This document shows positions 8,459 to 18,313 of a stretch of DNA of 28,833 nucleotides, piece after piece. Positions within the stretch are counted from its first letter, which is position 1, and each line of letters opens with the position of its first letter. The position numbers and the translations under genes were made by a program. Source of the DNA: a virus. Taxonomy: Duplodnaviria > Caudoviricetes. Below the pieces are notes generated by a model. That model worked only from the letters and a program-made list of their open reading frames with translations, did not search any database and was not told where the DNA came from. Where the stretch lies: IMG/VR virus record IMGVR_UViG_3300049140_000061, positions 1 through 28,833 of that record; one strand, 5' to 3'.

Positions 8459-8817
8459 TCGAAGATGCCGCATTCCGTGCCGAGATGGAGCTGTGCCACA
8501 AGTGGGGCATCCCCCACTCCAAGTTCCGCGGGCACGGCGACGGCACCTGGACCGACCTCGACCGCCGTAAAGCCCTCGCCTACGCCGACTACCAGCGCCA
8601 GTGCTGCCCCGCCTGCGGCACCCGCCCCGAGGAGTGGGACGAACAGGCTGGCGGCGACGAGGACGCCTACCGGGCCACCACCCACCGCTGCATCGGCTGC
8701 CAGCTCCTTGCAGACCGGCAAAAGGAAGTCCCCGACGGATCGGAGGGGCACGGCGTGAAAGTCGCCCTCATCCCCACCAGCATCCACGCCGCCCTGCAAC
8801 TCCAGCACTCTCACTAG
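8446..8817 (+). CDS. gpT part of the G-T frameshift chaperone (fusion 7928..8817)
   Basis: The -1 frame reads GKRLIEDAAFRAEMELC...WTDLDRRKALAY...CPACG...HRCIGC. Confidence 0.8.
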   Translation, partial: GKRLIEDAAFRAEMELCHKWGIPHSKFRGHGDGTWTDLDRRKALAYADYQRQCCPACGTRPEEWDEQAGGDEDAYRATTHRCIGCQLLADRQKEVPDGSEGHGVKVALIPTSIHAALQLQHSH

Positions 8818-8835
8818 GCGAGGAAGGAGCCCACC

Positions 8836-11800
8836 GTGTCCGAATGGAATCTGTCGGTACGCCTGACCGGTCAGGGCTCCGACTTGGCGGCCACCCTGCG
8901 TGAGAGCGCCACGGAGGCCCGCAAACTCAAGAACCGGCTGAAGGAAGCCAAGAGGGCGATCAAAGAGCTGCGCCAAGAGGCAGCTAACGGGATCACGGTC
9001 CGGTTGGATGTTGATTCCGATCACCTTCGCAGCGACGTATCGGCGGCCCTCACATCAGCAGGTTCCGGTCAGGGGATCCGGATCAGGCTGGACATTGATG
9101 CGGACCATCTGCGCGAAGAAGTCCAAGCAGCCATTACGGCCGCAGGTGCCGGGCAAGGCTTGCCGATCAACCTGCGCTTGGCTGACCCCATGCAGCTACG
9201 CCGCGACGTGTCCGAAGCGGTCCGCTGGGCGTCGATGAACCAAACCGTGCGGGTCCGTATCGACCCGGACACCAGCGCCCTCAACGGCCTGACTACCACC
9301 CTCAACGCCGGTGCGGGAAGTAGCAGCAGTTCGGGATCGGGCGGCATGCTCAAGGGCCTGCTGCTCGTCGCGCCCGCCGCAATCCCCCTGGTGGCCGGCC
9401 TGTCCACCGGCATCATCACCCTCACTCAGAACCTTGCCGTCGGCACCACCGCGGCCGCCGCTTTCGGTATCGCCCTCGCCGGGCAGATCAGCCAGCTGAA
9501 CGAAGTCGCCGACGCGCAGAAAAAGTACGACGAAGCGGTACGCGAACACGGCGCATCCTCAGCGGAGGCCATCAAGGCCCAGATCGCCTACCAGCAGAGG
9601 CTCGCCGAGCTGCCGCCCGAAACGCAGAAAGCCGCTGTCGCCCTCACCCAGTTGAAAACGTCGTTCCGCGACTGGTCGGACGACATGTCCAGCTTCACCA
9701 TGGCACCGGTCGCCAAGGGCTTCACCATCCTCCAGCAGCTCCTGCCCCACCTCAGCCCGCAGGTCGAATCGTTCTCCGGGCAGCTGGACCGGCTGATGAA
9801 CGTCGCCGGTGGCGCCATCAGCACACCGGGCTTCGACGCCCTCTCCGACAAGCTGGCCGCCCTCACCGACCAGAAACTGGACTCCTTCACCGACCAGGTC
9901 ATCCACCTCCTGCGGGTCCTGTCCGAAGGTGAAGCAGGCAACGGCGCGATCGGCCAGATCCTCGACTACATGCGGCAGAACGGGCCCGCCGCCCGCGAAG
10001 CCATCAACGCCATCGGTGACGCCGTCAGCACCCTCGCGCAGGGCGCAGCCGACGCCGGGCCAACGATGCTGACCCTGGTCACTGCCGCATCCCGCCTCGT
10101 CGCCGCGCTCCCGCCCGAACTGGTCACCATCCTCATCCAGGCGGCAACCGCACTGAAGCTGTTCCAGCTGGCCGGGGCCGGCATGGCTGCTGTGGGAGCC
10201 GTCGCGGGCCGCGCATCGACCTCCATCCGCACCTTGGGGACCACCTCCGCCGCGGCCGGTGGCGGCATCGCCGGCCTGCGGGCGGCCCTGGCGTCCCTGT
10301 CCACCGGGGCAAAGGTCGGCATGGCCGTAGCCGCGCTGGGCGGCCTCCTCCTGGTGCTCAAGGAGTTCTCCGACAACAAGCCCGCTGTCGAAGTCGACGC
10401 CCTCTCCACCAGCCTCAACACGCTCATCTCCACCGGCAAAGTCACCGGCACCCTCAAGAGCAACCTCGATGAGATGTCCGCCTCCATCGCGATGGTCTCC
10501 AAGGGCGCCTCCGACAACAAGCTGGCCCAGCTCACCAGCGACTTCGGAACCTGGCTCGGCATCGCCACCGGTCCCGGAATCTCCACCGCCCGGGAGAACG
10601 TCGACGCCTGGGACAAGTCCATGGCCAACCTCGTCAAGGCCGGACGGCCAAAGGAGGCGGCCGCCCAGTACGAGCTGCTGAAGAAGGCGTGGCAGGCCGG
10701 CGGCGGCGACATGGGCCGGCTGAAGAAGTTCACCGACGACTACAACAACGCCTTGGCCGACGCCAAGTTCGAAGCGGAACTGGCGGCCCAGTCGCAGGGC
10801 CTGTTCGGCAAGGCCGCCCAGGACACCCAGGCCAAGCTCGAAGCGCAGAAGCAGTCTGCGGACGGACTCCGGCAGTCGATCGTCGCCCTGAATGATGTGA
10901 ACCGCGCGGCGGGCTCCGCAATGTCCGCGTTCGAGCAGTCGATCGACGACACCGCCGAAGCGTTGAAGGCACACACCGGTGCGCTGAGAATGCGCGACGG
11001 GGAACTGGACCTGGGCTCTGCCAAGGCCCGCGAGGCCGAGAAGGTCCTGACCGATCTGGCCGCCAACACCGACGCCGCCGCCACCGCGGCCCGGGAGCAG
11101 GGCAAGTCGTGGGAGTACGTCACCGGCATCCAGGAACGCGGACGGGCAGCGTTCATCGAAGCCGCGGACGCCATGGGCTTGTCCAAGTCGCAGGCCGAGG
11201 CGCTCGCCAACTCCTACCTGAGCATCCCCGACAAGAAGACGATGTCGGTGGAGATGCGCACCGAGGACGCCGTCGCCGGCCTTGACGCCGTGATTGCTGA
11301 GATCGAGAAGACGCCCGATTCCAAGAGCGTGACGGTGAAGGCCCTCACCGCGGACGCTCAGTCGATGCTCCGAGGGCTGGGTTTCGAGGTCACCCAGCTG
11401 AAGGACGGATCGTTCAAGGTCACCGCCAGCACAGTTACCGCTGAAGCGTCCCTGGCGAGCGTGCAGGCTCTACGGGACAGGCTCGCCGACAAGTCCATCA
11501 CGATCAGCGCGCACACCCAGGACACCATCAACAGCCTCTCCAACGTGCAGGCCAAGGTCGCCAGCACCAAGGGCAAGACCATCACGGTGTCCGCGCCTAC
11601 GGCGGCAGCCCGCCACCAGCTGGAACTCCTCGGCTTCAAGATCCAGGGCACCAAGGGCAAGAACGTCGTCATCAGCGTGCCCACGGGATCGCAGCGGGCG
11701 AACGTCAGCGCTCTCGCGGGCGCCATCGCCGCCCTGCGGAACAAGACCGTCACGATTACCACCAACTACGTCATCACCGGCAACCAGGCCCGCCGCTCCG

Positions 11801-13224
11801 GATCGCACGGATCGCAGCTCGCCAACGCCGAGGGCGGTGTGTGGGACTACTACGCCGACGGCGGTATCCGACGGCCCGCGCGGGTCAAGCACTTCGCGTC
11901 CGGGGCGGAGAACCACGTGGCGCAGATGGCGCCGGCCGGGGCGTGGCGGGTGTGGGCGGAGCCGGAGACCGGCGGAGAGGCCTACATTCCATTCGCCTCC
12001 TCCAAGCGGCCCCGCTCCCGCGCCATCGCCGAGGAGACGGTACGTCGTCTCGGTGGCGACCCGGGCACCATCCAGTGGAACGCCGACGGCAACGTCACCG
12101 ACTGGCGGTACGACCCTCAGACCGGCTCCCTGTACTCCGGCAGCGACATCACCTCCGCGGGCAACAAGACCCGCAAGGTGAAGACCAAGGTCAAGGGCAA
12201 GTGGCAGACCAAGGAAGTCGAGTACTTCGACATCACTGCGGTCGAGAAGAAGCTGAAATCCGCCTCGAAGGCCACCCTCGCCTGGAACAAGGACCTCGAG
12301 AAGGTCGCCGACCGGGTTGGCGGGGACGTTGCCGAGGCCCTCGCCTCCATGGGTAAGGAGGGGATGCGGCTCGCCGACAAGATGGCGAACGGCTCCACCA
12401 AGTACATCAACGACATGTCCAAGGCCCTCCGCGACTTGCAGAAGACCGCGAAGGCCTCGCTGACGGACTACACCCGTCAGCTCGGCACGGCGAACAAGAT
12501 GAACAAGGACTTCGCCGACGACCTGGCCCGCCTGGCCGGCATGGGATACGGCGACCTGGCCGCGCAGCTTGCGGAGCAGAACGACGAGGCTGCGCAGCAG
12601 CTCGCCGACGCCGCGGTGAAGGACAAGGGTAAGGCGGCCAAGGCCAACGCTCAGGCGAAGACCGCCAACAATGCGCTCACCGCCGACCAGGTGCAGACCC
12701 TCGTGGCCATCATTGCCGCGATCAGCAGCAACAAGGTGGGCATCCACGACGTGGCCGCGAAGACCGGGCTCGGCGAGGACGAGATCATCCAGATCGCCAA
12801 CAAGGCGAAGGGTCAGATCCACACGTCCCTCGGCTCCCGCGCGGACCGGTTCCTCCAGGACCTGGGCAAGGCCAACAAGCACCTCGCCTACGCGGACGGC
12901 GGCATCCGGGCCGGGATGTACGCCACCCGCGGCGGCATCGTCCGTTTCGCGGAGCCGGAGACGCACGGGGAGGCCTACCTGCCGCTCAGCCCCAGCAAGC
13001 GGCGCAGCGCCCTGCCCGTTCTCCACGACGTCGCCACGAGGTTCGGGCTCGGGCTGACAGACGCCCGCGCCACCCGGCCGGTCGTCATCGTCCGCGAGTC
13101 CAGCCCCACCAACGTCACCGTCACCGCCGTCCGGACCGGGGCGACCGCGTCCGACATCGCATCGCAGGTTGGCCGCTCGGTACGCCGGGCCCGCAGGGGA
13201 GGGGTGGCCGCCCGTGCCGCTTGA
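8836..13224 (+). CDS. Tape measure protein
   Basis: 1462 aa, Ala-rich helical with hydrophobic segments, SD AAGGAG, following the G/T chaperones. Confidence 0.95.
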   Translation: MSEWNLSVRLTGQGSDLAATLRESATEARKLKNRLKEAKRAIKELRQEAANGITVRLDVDSDHLRSDVSAALTSAGSGQGIRIRLDIDADHLREEVQAAITAAGAGQGLPINLRLADPMQLRRDVSEAVRWASMNQTVRVRIDPDTSALNGLTTTLNAGAGSSSSSGSGGMLKGLLLVAPAAIPLVAGLSTGIITLTQNLAVGTTAAAAFGIALAGQISQLNEVADAQKKYDEAVREHGASSAEAIKAQIAYQQRLAELPPETQKAAVALTQLKTSFRDWSDDMSSFTMAPVAKGFTILQQLLPHLSPQVESFSGQLDRLMNVAGGAISTPGFDALSDKLAALTDQKLDSFTDQVIHLLRVLSEGEAGNGAIGQILDYMRQNGPAAREAINAIGDAVSTLAQGAADAGPTMLTLVTAASRLVAALPPELVTILIQAATALKLFQLAGAGMAAVGAVAGRASTSIRTLGTTSAAAGGGIAGLRAALASLSTGAKVGMAVAALGGLLLVLKEFSDNKPAVEVDALSTSLNTLISTGKVTGTLKSNLDEMSASIAMVSKGASDNKLAQLTSDFGTWLGIATGPGISTARENVDAWDKSMANLVKAGRPKEAAAQYELLKKAWQAGGGDMGRLKKFTDDYNNALADAKFEAELAAQSQGLFGKAAQDTQAKLEAQKQSADGLRQSIVALNDVNRAAGSAMSAFEQSIDDTAEALKAHTGALRMRDGELDLGSAKAREAEKVLTDLAANTDAAATAAREQGKSWEYVTGIQERGRAAFIEAADAMGLSKSQAEALANSYLSIPDKKTMSVEMRTEDAVAGLDAVIAEIEKTPDSKSVTVKALTADAQSMLRGLGFEVTQLKDGSFKVTASTVTAEASLASVQALRDRLADKSITISAHTQDTINSLSNVQAKVASTKGKTITVSAPTAAARHQLELLGFKIQGTKGKNVVISVPTGSQRANVSALAGAIAALRNKTVTITTNYVITGNQARRSGSHGSQLANAEGGVWDYYADGGIRRPARVKHFASGAENHVAQMAPAGAWRVWAEPETGGEAYIPFASSKRPRSRAIAEETVRRLGGDPGTIQWNADGNVTDWRYDPQTGSLYSGSDITSAGNKTRKVKTKVKGKWQTKEVEYFDITAVEKKLKSASKATLAWNKDLEKVADRVGGDVAEALASMGKEGMRLADKMANGSTKYINDMSKALRDLQKTAKASLTDYTRQLGTANKMNKDFADDLARLAGMGYGDLAAQLAEQNDEAAQQLADAAVKDKGKAAKANAQAKTANNALTADQVQTLVAIIAAISSNKVGIHDVAAKTGLGEDEIIQIANKAKGQIHTSLGSRADRFLQDLGKANKHLAYADGGIRAGMYATRGGIVRFAEPETHGEAYLPLSPSKRRSALPVLHDVATRFGLGLTDARATRPVVIVRESSPTNVTVTAVRTGATASDIASQVGRSVRRARRGGVAARAA

Positions 13225-14113
13225 ACTGGCCGACTGGCAGTACGACGTGGGAGGCGTCCTCATCGGCGCCGACACCAGCGTGCAGGTCATTGAGACCACC
13301 GGCCTCGGGCGGCCGCCGGTGCGGGAGTCGGATGTGGACCAGCCGTCCATGGACGGGCAGTTCGCCGGGCCCGACTACTGGGGCGGGCGGCAGATCCAGG
13401 TCGACGCCGCCATCAAGATTCCCGGCAACCCGGCAGCGTGCCACGACATGGTCGCCGCCCTTCAGGCCGTCACCGACACCGCAGCGGTGCGCCTGGTGGG
13501 CGGGCAGGGCATGACGCTGCGCATCAAGCGGCCCGGCCGGCCAGTGAAGCGGCTCACCGTCCGCGCTCGCAAGCTGGACCCGGAGTATGGGCAGGTCATC
13601 CACGGCTACGTGCCCCTCGACCTCGAGTTCCTCGCGCACGATCCGACCTGGTACGCCGATGAGGAGTCCACCACCGAACTCCCGTTGGGGTGGCTGACCG
13701 GAGGAGGGTTCGCCGCTCCGATCGTGGCGCCGCTCTATGTGCAGGACGGGGCGGTCGCGGCCGACCGGCCCGGCTGGGTCACCAACGCCGGTGACGCCGC
13801 CGCCTGGCCCATCCTGCGCATCACCGGGCCGTGCGCCAACGTCACCGTCACCAACGTCGCCACCGGCCGCTCCCTGGCGTTCCCCACACTGAACCTCGCC
13901 GACGGCCGGTGGATCGAGATCGACACCCGGCCCGGCTATCGGACCGTCACCTGGGACAACGGCGGCAACGCTTCCACCTACCTGTCCCCGGGCTCCCGCA
14001 TCGACCTGTTCTCCATCCCCCCGGGCACCTCGGAGATGCGGTGGACGGCGTTCGACAGCTCTAACTCTGCCCGCCTCAACGTCACCTGGCGTGACGCCTA
14101 CATCGCCCTCTGA
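13214..14113 (+). CDS. Distal tail protein (Dit-like)
   Basis: GTG start overlapping the tape measure end. Motifs EFLAHDPTWY, NAGDAAAWP.LRITGP and WRDAY. Confidence 0.8.
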   Translation: MPLELADWQYDVGGVLIGADTSVQVIETTGLGRPPVRESDVDQPSMDGQFAGPDYWGGRQIQVDAAIKIPGNPAACHDMVAALQAVTDTAAVRLVGGQGMTLRIKRPGRPVKRLTVRARKLDPEYGQVIHGYVPLDLEFLAHDPTWYADEESTTELPLGWLTGGGFAAPIVAPLYVQDGAVAADRPGWVTNAGDAAAWPILRITGPCANVTVTNVATGRSLAFPTLNLADGRWIEIDTRPGYRTVTWDNGGNASTYLSPGSRIDLFSIPPGTSEMRWTAFDSSNSARLNVTWRDAYIAL

Positions 14114-14125
14114 GGAGAGCCGATC

Positions 14126-15067
14126 ATGTCCTTGTTTCCACGGCCGATCCTCACCAACGGGGCCACCCACTCCGCTCAGCAGTTCAGGATGCTTGTTCGC
14201 GACCTCGCCAACGGGGCGGAGGGCATCACCCAGGGCGATGACCTGAAGGTCGCCCAGCGGTCCACGCCCGGCGGTGGTGTGACCGTCGGCGACGGGTCCG
14301 GTGTGATCCGCGGCCGCGCCAACACCTTCCAGGGCACCTACTCGGTGTGCAATATCGGCTCCGTCAATGTCGACATCGCCGCCACCGGGGCGGGGGCGGG
14401 ACGCTCCGACATGGTGATCGTGCGGGTGGAGGACCCCGAGTACGAGGGGACCCTGGACCCGGAAGTCGACGAGATCACCTACTTCCAGGTCATCTCCAAC
14501 GTCTCCAGCTCCGCCACGACCATCCCCGACGGCCGTACCGGCATCCCCCTGGCCCGGATCGACATTCCGGCGTCCACGTCCACCATCACCAACGCGATGA
14601 TCACGGATCTGCGGAAGGTCGCCAACCCGCGCCGCTCCCGCACGCTGGTCACGCAGTCCCCGGCCAGCATCAGCACCGGCATCGGCTCCAGCACCACGTA
14701 CAGCTACTTCTCTACCGCCGCGGGCTGGAACGTCGCGATCCCCGACTGGGCCACGAAGGCCATCGTGAAAATCGACGTGAGCCCCATCAGGTACAACCTC
14801 GGCAACTTCTGGGGCTACCTGTCTGCCACGTTCGGCGCCAGCCTCACCGTGCAGCCCACCACCCTCGACGACAACCAGGGATCGGGCGCCCGCCGTATCG
14901 GGGCCGTCATCGCCGACACCCTCACCATCCCCGACGCCTACCGCGGAACCACCCAACTCCTGCGCGTGCGCGCCGCAGCCGCCGAGACGGGGCAGGACGG
15001 CCGGATCTACGTCGACTCCGGCACCACCCTCGTCGCAGACGTCCAGTTCGAGGAGGCCCCCCGGTGA
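14126..15067 (+). CDS. Minor tail protein
   Basis: SD GAGGAG. Motifs RSDMVIVRVEDP, IPLARIDIPA and ITDLR are typical of actinophage minor tail/baseplate proteins. Confidence 0.75.
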   Translation: MSLFPRPILTNGATHSAQQFRMLVRDLANGAEGITQGDDLKVAQRSTPGGGVTVGDGSGVIRGRANTFQGTYSVCNIGSVNVDIAATGAGAGRSDMVIVRVEDPEYEGTLDPEVDEITYFQVISNVSSSATTIPDGRTGIPLARIDIPASTSTITNAMITDLRKVANPRRSRTLVTQSPASISTGIGSSTTYSYFSTAAGWNVAIPDWATKAIVKIDVSPIRYNLGNFWGYLSATFGASLTVQPTTLDDNQGSGARRIGAVIADTLTIPDAYRGTTQLLRVRAAAAETGQDGRIYVDSGTTLVADVQFEEAPR

Positions 15068-16167
15068 GCCTGGCGCCGCCGGTGCGGGTCCTCACCCGGC
15101 ACGCCCTCACTGGGGCGTGGCTGTCCACCGCCCTGCCGGTCACGGACCTGGAGTACGGGCCCGAACTGTCCGGACCCGGCGAACTGCGCGGCACGCTCTC
15201 GCCGCGCCTCGTCTCCTCCAACCCCACATTGGCCGACCCGGGCACCACAGAGATCTACGTGGAGTCCGAGGGGCAGCTGGAGTGGGGAGGCCTGGTGTGG
15301 GACGTCCGCGCCCAGGGCAACGACTACGCCATCGAAGCCGCCTCCTGGTCCTCGTACCTTCAGAAGCGGTACGACCTGGACGGGGAGCACGGCGGCCGCG
15401 GCCCCTACGTGTACACCGACCGCTGCCAGGTCGTCCGCAACATCTGGGACTACGCCCAAGGCGTCCCCGACGGCGACCTAGGCGTCACCGTCGATGCCAC
15501 CACCTCCACAGCCAAGGTCGGCACCCCGTCCGAGGTGTGGCACTCCTACTGGTACGACAGCAAGAGTCTCGGCGACCAGGTCGACGAGCTCGTCTCCGAC
15601 CAGGCCACTCCCGAATACACCTGCACCACCACCTGGAACACGGCCAAGACCGACGTCATCAAACGCATCCGCCTGGGCTGGCCCAGGCTCGGCGCCAGGC
15701 GTAAGGACATCGAGTTCTCGTCCGGCGTCAACATCATCGAGGAGCCCGAAGAGGCCCTGGCCGGGGACGACTACGCGCAGGTCGTCATCGGCACCGGCGC
15801 CGGCGACGGCTCGGCGAAGCTGCGGCAGATCTCCGCCGTCCGCAACGGCCGGCTCCGCCTCGAGGCCGTGGCCGCCTTCCCCGACGTCAACGGCGTCGAC
15901 GTGCTCAAGCAGCGCGTGGAGTGGGAGCGGGCTGTGCGGCAGTCCCTCGGCGCGGTGGAGCAGGTCATCATCCGCGACACCCCCGCCGCCCCCTTCGGAA
16001 GCTGGCAGGTCGGCGACGACGTGTACACGCGCATCCACAACGCCTGGACCTCCTATACGGGCTGGTGCCGTGTCACCGGCTGGAACATCAAGCCGACCGC
16101 CCGCGGCGGCCCCCAGGCCGTGGTGTCGCTGAAACCGTCCGCCATGTACACCTACGGAGGGCAATAG
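15064..16167 (+). CDS. Minor tail / baseplate hub protein (Tal, ReqiPepy6 gp37-like)
   Basis: GTGA overlap, 367 aa. Motifs LEWGGLVW and WQVGDDV, plus synteny. Confidence 0.7.
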   Translation: MSLAPPVRVLTRHALTGAWLSTALPVTDLEYGPELSGPGELRGTLSPRLVSSNPTLADPGTTEIYVESEGQLEWGGLVWDVRAQGNDYAIEAASWSSYLQKRYDLDGEHGGRGPYVYTDRCQVVRNIWDYAQGVPDGDLGVTVDATTSTAKVGTPSEVWHSYWYDSKSLGDQVDELVSDQATPEYTCTTTWNTAKTDVIKRIRLGWPRLGARRKDIEFSSGVNIIEEPEEALAGDDYAQVVIGTGAGDGSAKLRQISAVRNGRLRLEAVAAFPDVNGVDVLKQRVEWERAVRQSLGAVEQVIIRDTPAAPFGSWQVGDDVYTRIHNAWTSYTGWCRVTGWNIKPTARGGPQAVVSLKPSAMYTYGGQ

Positions 16168-17819
16168 TGGATATCGGACGTGAACTGGCGGCGCTCAAGG
16201 CCCGCATGGACCGCATGGAGAACTCTCCACGCCTGTCCCACGCCGCACTGGACAACACCAGCATCGTCGTCAAGGACGACACCGGTACCGTGCGCGGAGC
16301 GATCGGCATGCAGCCCGACGGGACCCTGGGCCTGGTCGCCGCAAACGGTCCGGCCCCCGGCGCCCCTACCGCCCCACAGGTCACTCCGACCATCGGCGGC
16401 CTGCGCATCGTCTGGGACGGCGCCCTCGCTGACGGCAGTCCGCTCCCCGCCGACTTCGACCACGTAGCCGTGCACGCGTCCACCACGTCCGGGTTTACCC
16501 CGTCGTCTGCAACGTTCGCCGGCACCATCACACGCGCCGGCAACGGGGGCATGCTTCCGCTCGTTCCACTGCCCTACGAGCAGCACTACATCCTGCTGAC
16601 GGCGGTGAACACCTCGGGCGCCACAGGCCCGGCATCCGCTGAGACAGCCGCCGCGCCGGTTCAGGTCACCGGCCCCGACCTGACAGCGGGCTCAGTCACC
16701 GCCGCCGCCATCCAGGCCGGAGCAGTCCATGCGGACAAGCTCGAAGCGATCCTGCAACTGGTGACCCGGCTCGTCGCCGGGGACCCGGCTGGGGCGCGCG
16801 TGGAACTCAACGAGGACGGGCTGCGCGTCTACAACTCATCCGGCACCCTGACGGTCCGATTCGACGCCGCGACCGGCGACGCAGTGTTCACAGGATCCGT
16901 CACTGGTTCCACGATCACCGGTGGTCTGATCCAGACCGCCACGACCGGTGAACGCATCACGATCAACGAGGCGGGTGCCAACAAGGTCATCGTCTACGAC
17001 GACACCGACCGCGCGGTAGGGGAGCTGTCCGGGATCGGGCTGGGCCTGGTCGGCACCGGCGGCGCACTGATGGTCCTGGACCCCGACGGCATCTATCCGT
17101 CGATGCGGATGACGAACGCGGCTGGTACCAACGAGGCCGTCATCAACGTCTCCGAGAACAACCCAGGGTCAGCCGACCTGGGCATCAACTCCGGGCTCTT
17201 CGCCGGATCCTCCTTCACGGACATGAAGTGGCGGACCTTCATGGGCGACGACGTGTTTGCCGCCGAACGCGTCCGCAACGGCACCGCAACCACCATCGGC
17301 GGCCGCATCCTGCTGTACAACGACCGCGCCACTCTCGGCTACATGAACACCACCAACACCTCACAGAACAACACGTTCTTCGTGTACTCCGGGTACGCGC
17401 AGTTGACCAAGGGCCGACTGGAGATCCTCGCCCCGGCTTCGGCGAGCAACGCCCTGCATGTGAACGCGGACGCCGGACAGACCGGCTACCTGATGCGGCT
17501 GCTGCACGGCAACGCATCCCGGATGAGCGTCGACCCGGACGGCAACACCAGCATCTTCGGCATCCTCTCTGCGGGAAACATCGCCGCCGGCCGCCTGACT
17601 ATCACCCCCGTCGCGAACGTCCCCACAAGCCAGGCCGTGACCGGCCTGAACCTGAAGGGCACCAACATTCGCGTCGTCGCGTGCGCGGCCACCTCCGTTC
17701 CCGGAACCCAGGTCCTCGGCGTCGGCGTCACCAACCAGTCCTCGACCGGTTTCACGGTCTGGGTCACACGAACCGGCACAACCAACACCGTCATCGAATG
17801 GATTGCGTACGGCATATGA
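16167..17819 (+). CDS. Tail fibre / central spike protein
   Basis: TAGTG overlap, 550 aa. Short N-terminal coiled coil, an FN3-like segment, GSVTGSTITGG repeats and a C-terminal TGFTV...IEWIAYG lectin/gp53-like end. Confidence 0.7.
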   Translation: MDIGRELAALKARMDRMENSPRLSHAALDNTSIVVKDDTGTVRGAIGMQPDGTLGLVAANGPAPGAPTAPQVTPTIGGLRIVWDGALADGSPLPADFDHVAVHASTTSGFTPSSATFAGTITRAGNGGMLPLVPLPYEQHYILLTAVNTSGATGPASAETAAAPVQVTGPDLTAGSVTAAAIQAGAVHADKLEAILQLVTRLVAGDPAGARVELNEDGLRVYNSSGTLTVRFDAATGDAVFTGSVTGSTITGGLIQTATTGERITINEAGANKVIVYDDTDRAVGELSGIGLGLVGTGGALMVLDPDGIYPSMRMTNAAGTNEAVINVSENNPGSADLGINSGLFAGSSFTDMKWRTFMGDDVFAAERVRNGTATTIGGRILLYNDRATLGYMNTTNTSQNNTFFVYSGYAQLTKGRLEILAPASASNALHVNADAGQTGYLMRLLHGNASRMSVDPDGNTSIFGILSAGNIAAGRLTITPVANVPTSQAVTGLNLKGTNIRVVACAATSVPGTQVLGVGVTNQSSTGFTVWVTRTGTTNTVIEWIAYGI

Positions 17820-18151
17820 GCAGCGAACCTGAGAACCAGCCCACCCCGGCCGGCTCCGACCCGGACCCGGTCGACATCGAACCCCCGCCGGGGCCGGAAG
17901 AGGAAACCGAGGACCCGCCCCCGCCGCCGCCGGACGACACCATGGGCTTGGTCGTGCAGGTGGAGCCCGGCACCTGGTACGAGGTCACCTCCGTGTGCAC
18001 CACCGAAACGTGCCCCAACCTCAACACCTCCACCACGGAACCCCAGGTGTACTCCAACGCCGGCGCTATCCGCATGGTGTGCGGCGTGTGCGGCAAGTTC
18101 CGGCCCATCCTCGAGGTGACCAAGCTGGACCCGCAGCCCGAGATGTCCTGA
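17816..18151 (+). CDS. Hypothetical protein with a Cys4 motif (possible fibre chaperone)
   Basis: ATGA overlap, P/E-rich N-terminus, CTTETC...CGVC. Confidence 0.65.
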   Translation: MSSEPENQPTPAGSDPDPVDIEPPPGPEEETEDPPPPPPDDTMGLVVQVEPGTWYEVTSVCTTETCPNLNTSTTEPQVYSNAGAIRMVCGVCGKFRPILEVTKLDPQPEMS

Positions 18152-18158
18152 CCCCGTA

Positions 18159-18189
18159 GGCGGCCGGGGGAACGTTCTCCCTGGCCGCC
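18159..18189 (+). terminator. Hairpin ending the tail module
   Basis: GGCGGCCGGGG...CCCTGGCCGCC imperfect stem immediately after the stop codon. Confidence 0.5.
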
Positions 18190-18313
18190 CATACGCTGAT
18201 CGCGGGCGACCCTCCGCCCGAGGCGCCAGTCCGCGCCCGCACCCCGAGGGACCCGCGCACCACTGCGCGGCTGCCAGCATCTTGCCGGGGCGTGCGAAAG
18301 GACTAATGCGCCC

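Noticed and set aside
9559-14956. Long antisense ORFs (e.g. 9559-10974, 11470-13350, 13121-14956) and similar ones elsewhere
   Set aside because: They are shadows of high-GC3 genes on the + strand, with no SD and no recognisable motifs.
1356-16167. Long 5' extensions in the ORF track (1356, 2975, 3136, 4527, 14347, 15921 etc.)
   Set aside because: These are R/P-rich off-frame read-ins overlapping real genes. The true starts are at stop-start overlaps or SD sites further downstream.
7351-17819. Contractile injection system / tailocin interpretation
   Set aside because: There are no sheath or baseplate wedge genes, and capsid genes plus a siphophage Dit/Tal layout are present.
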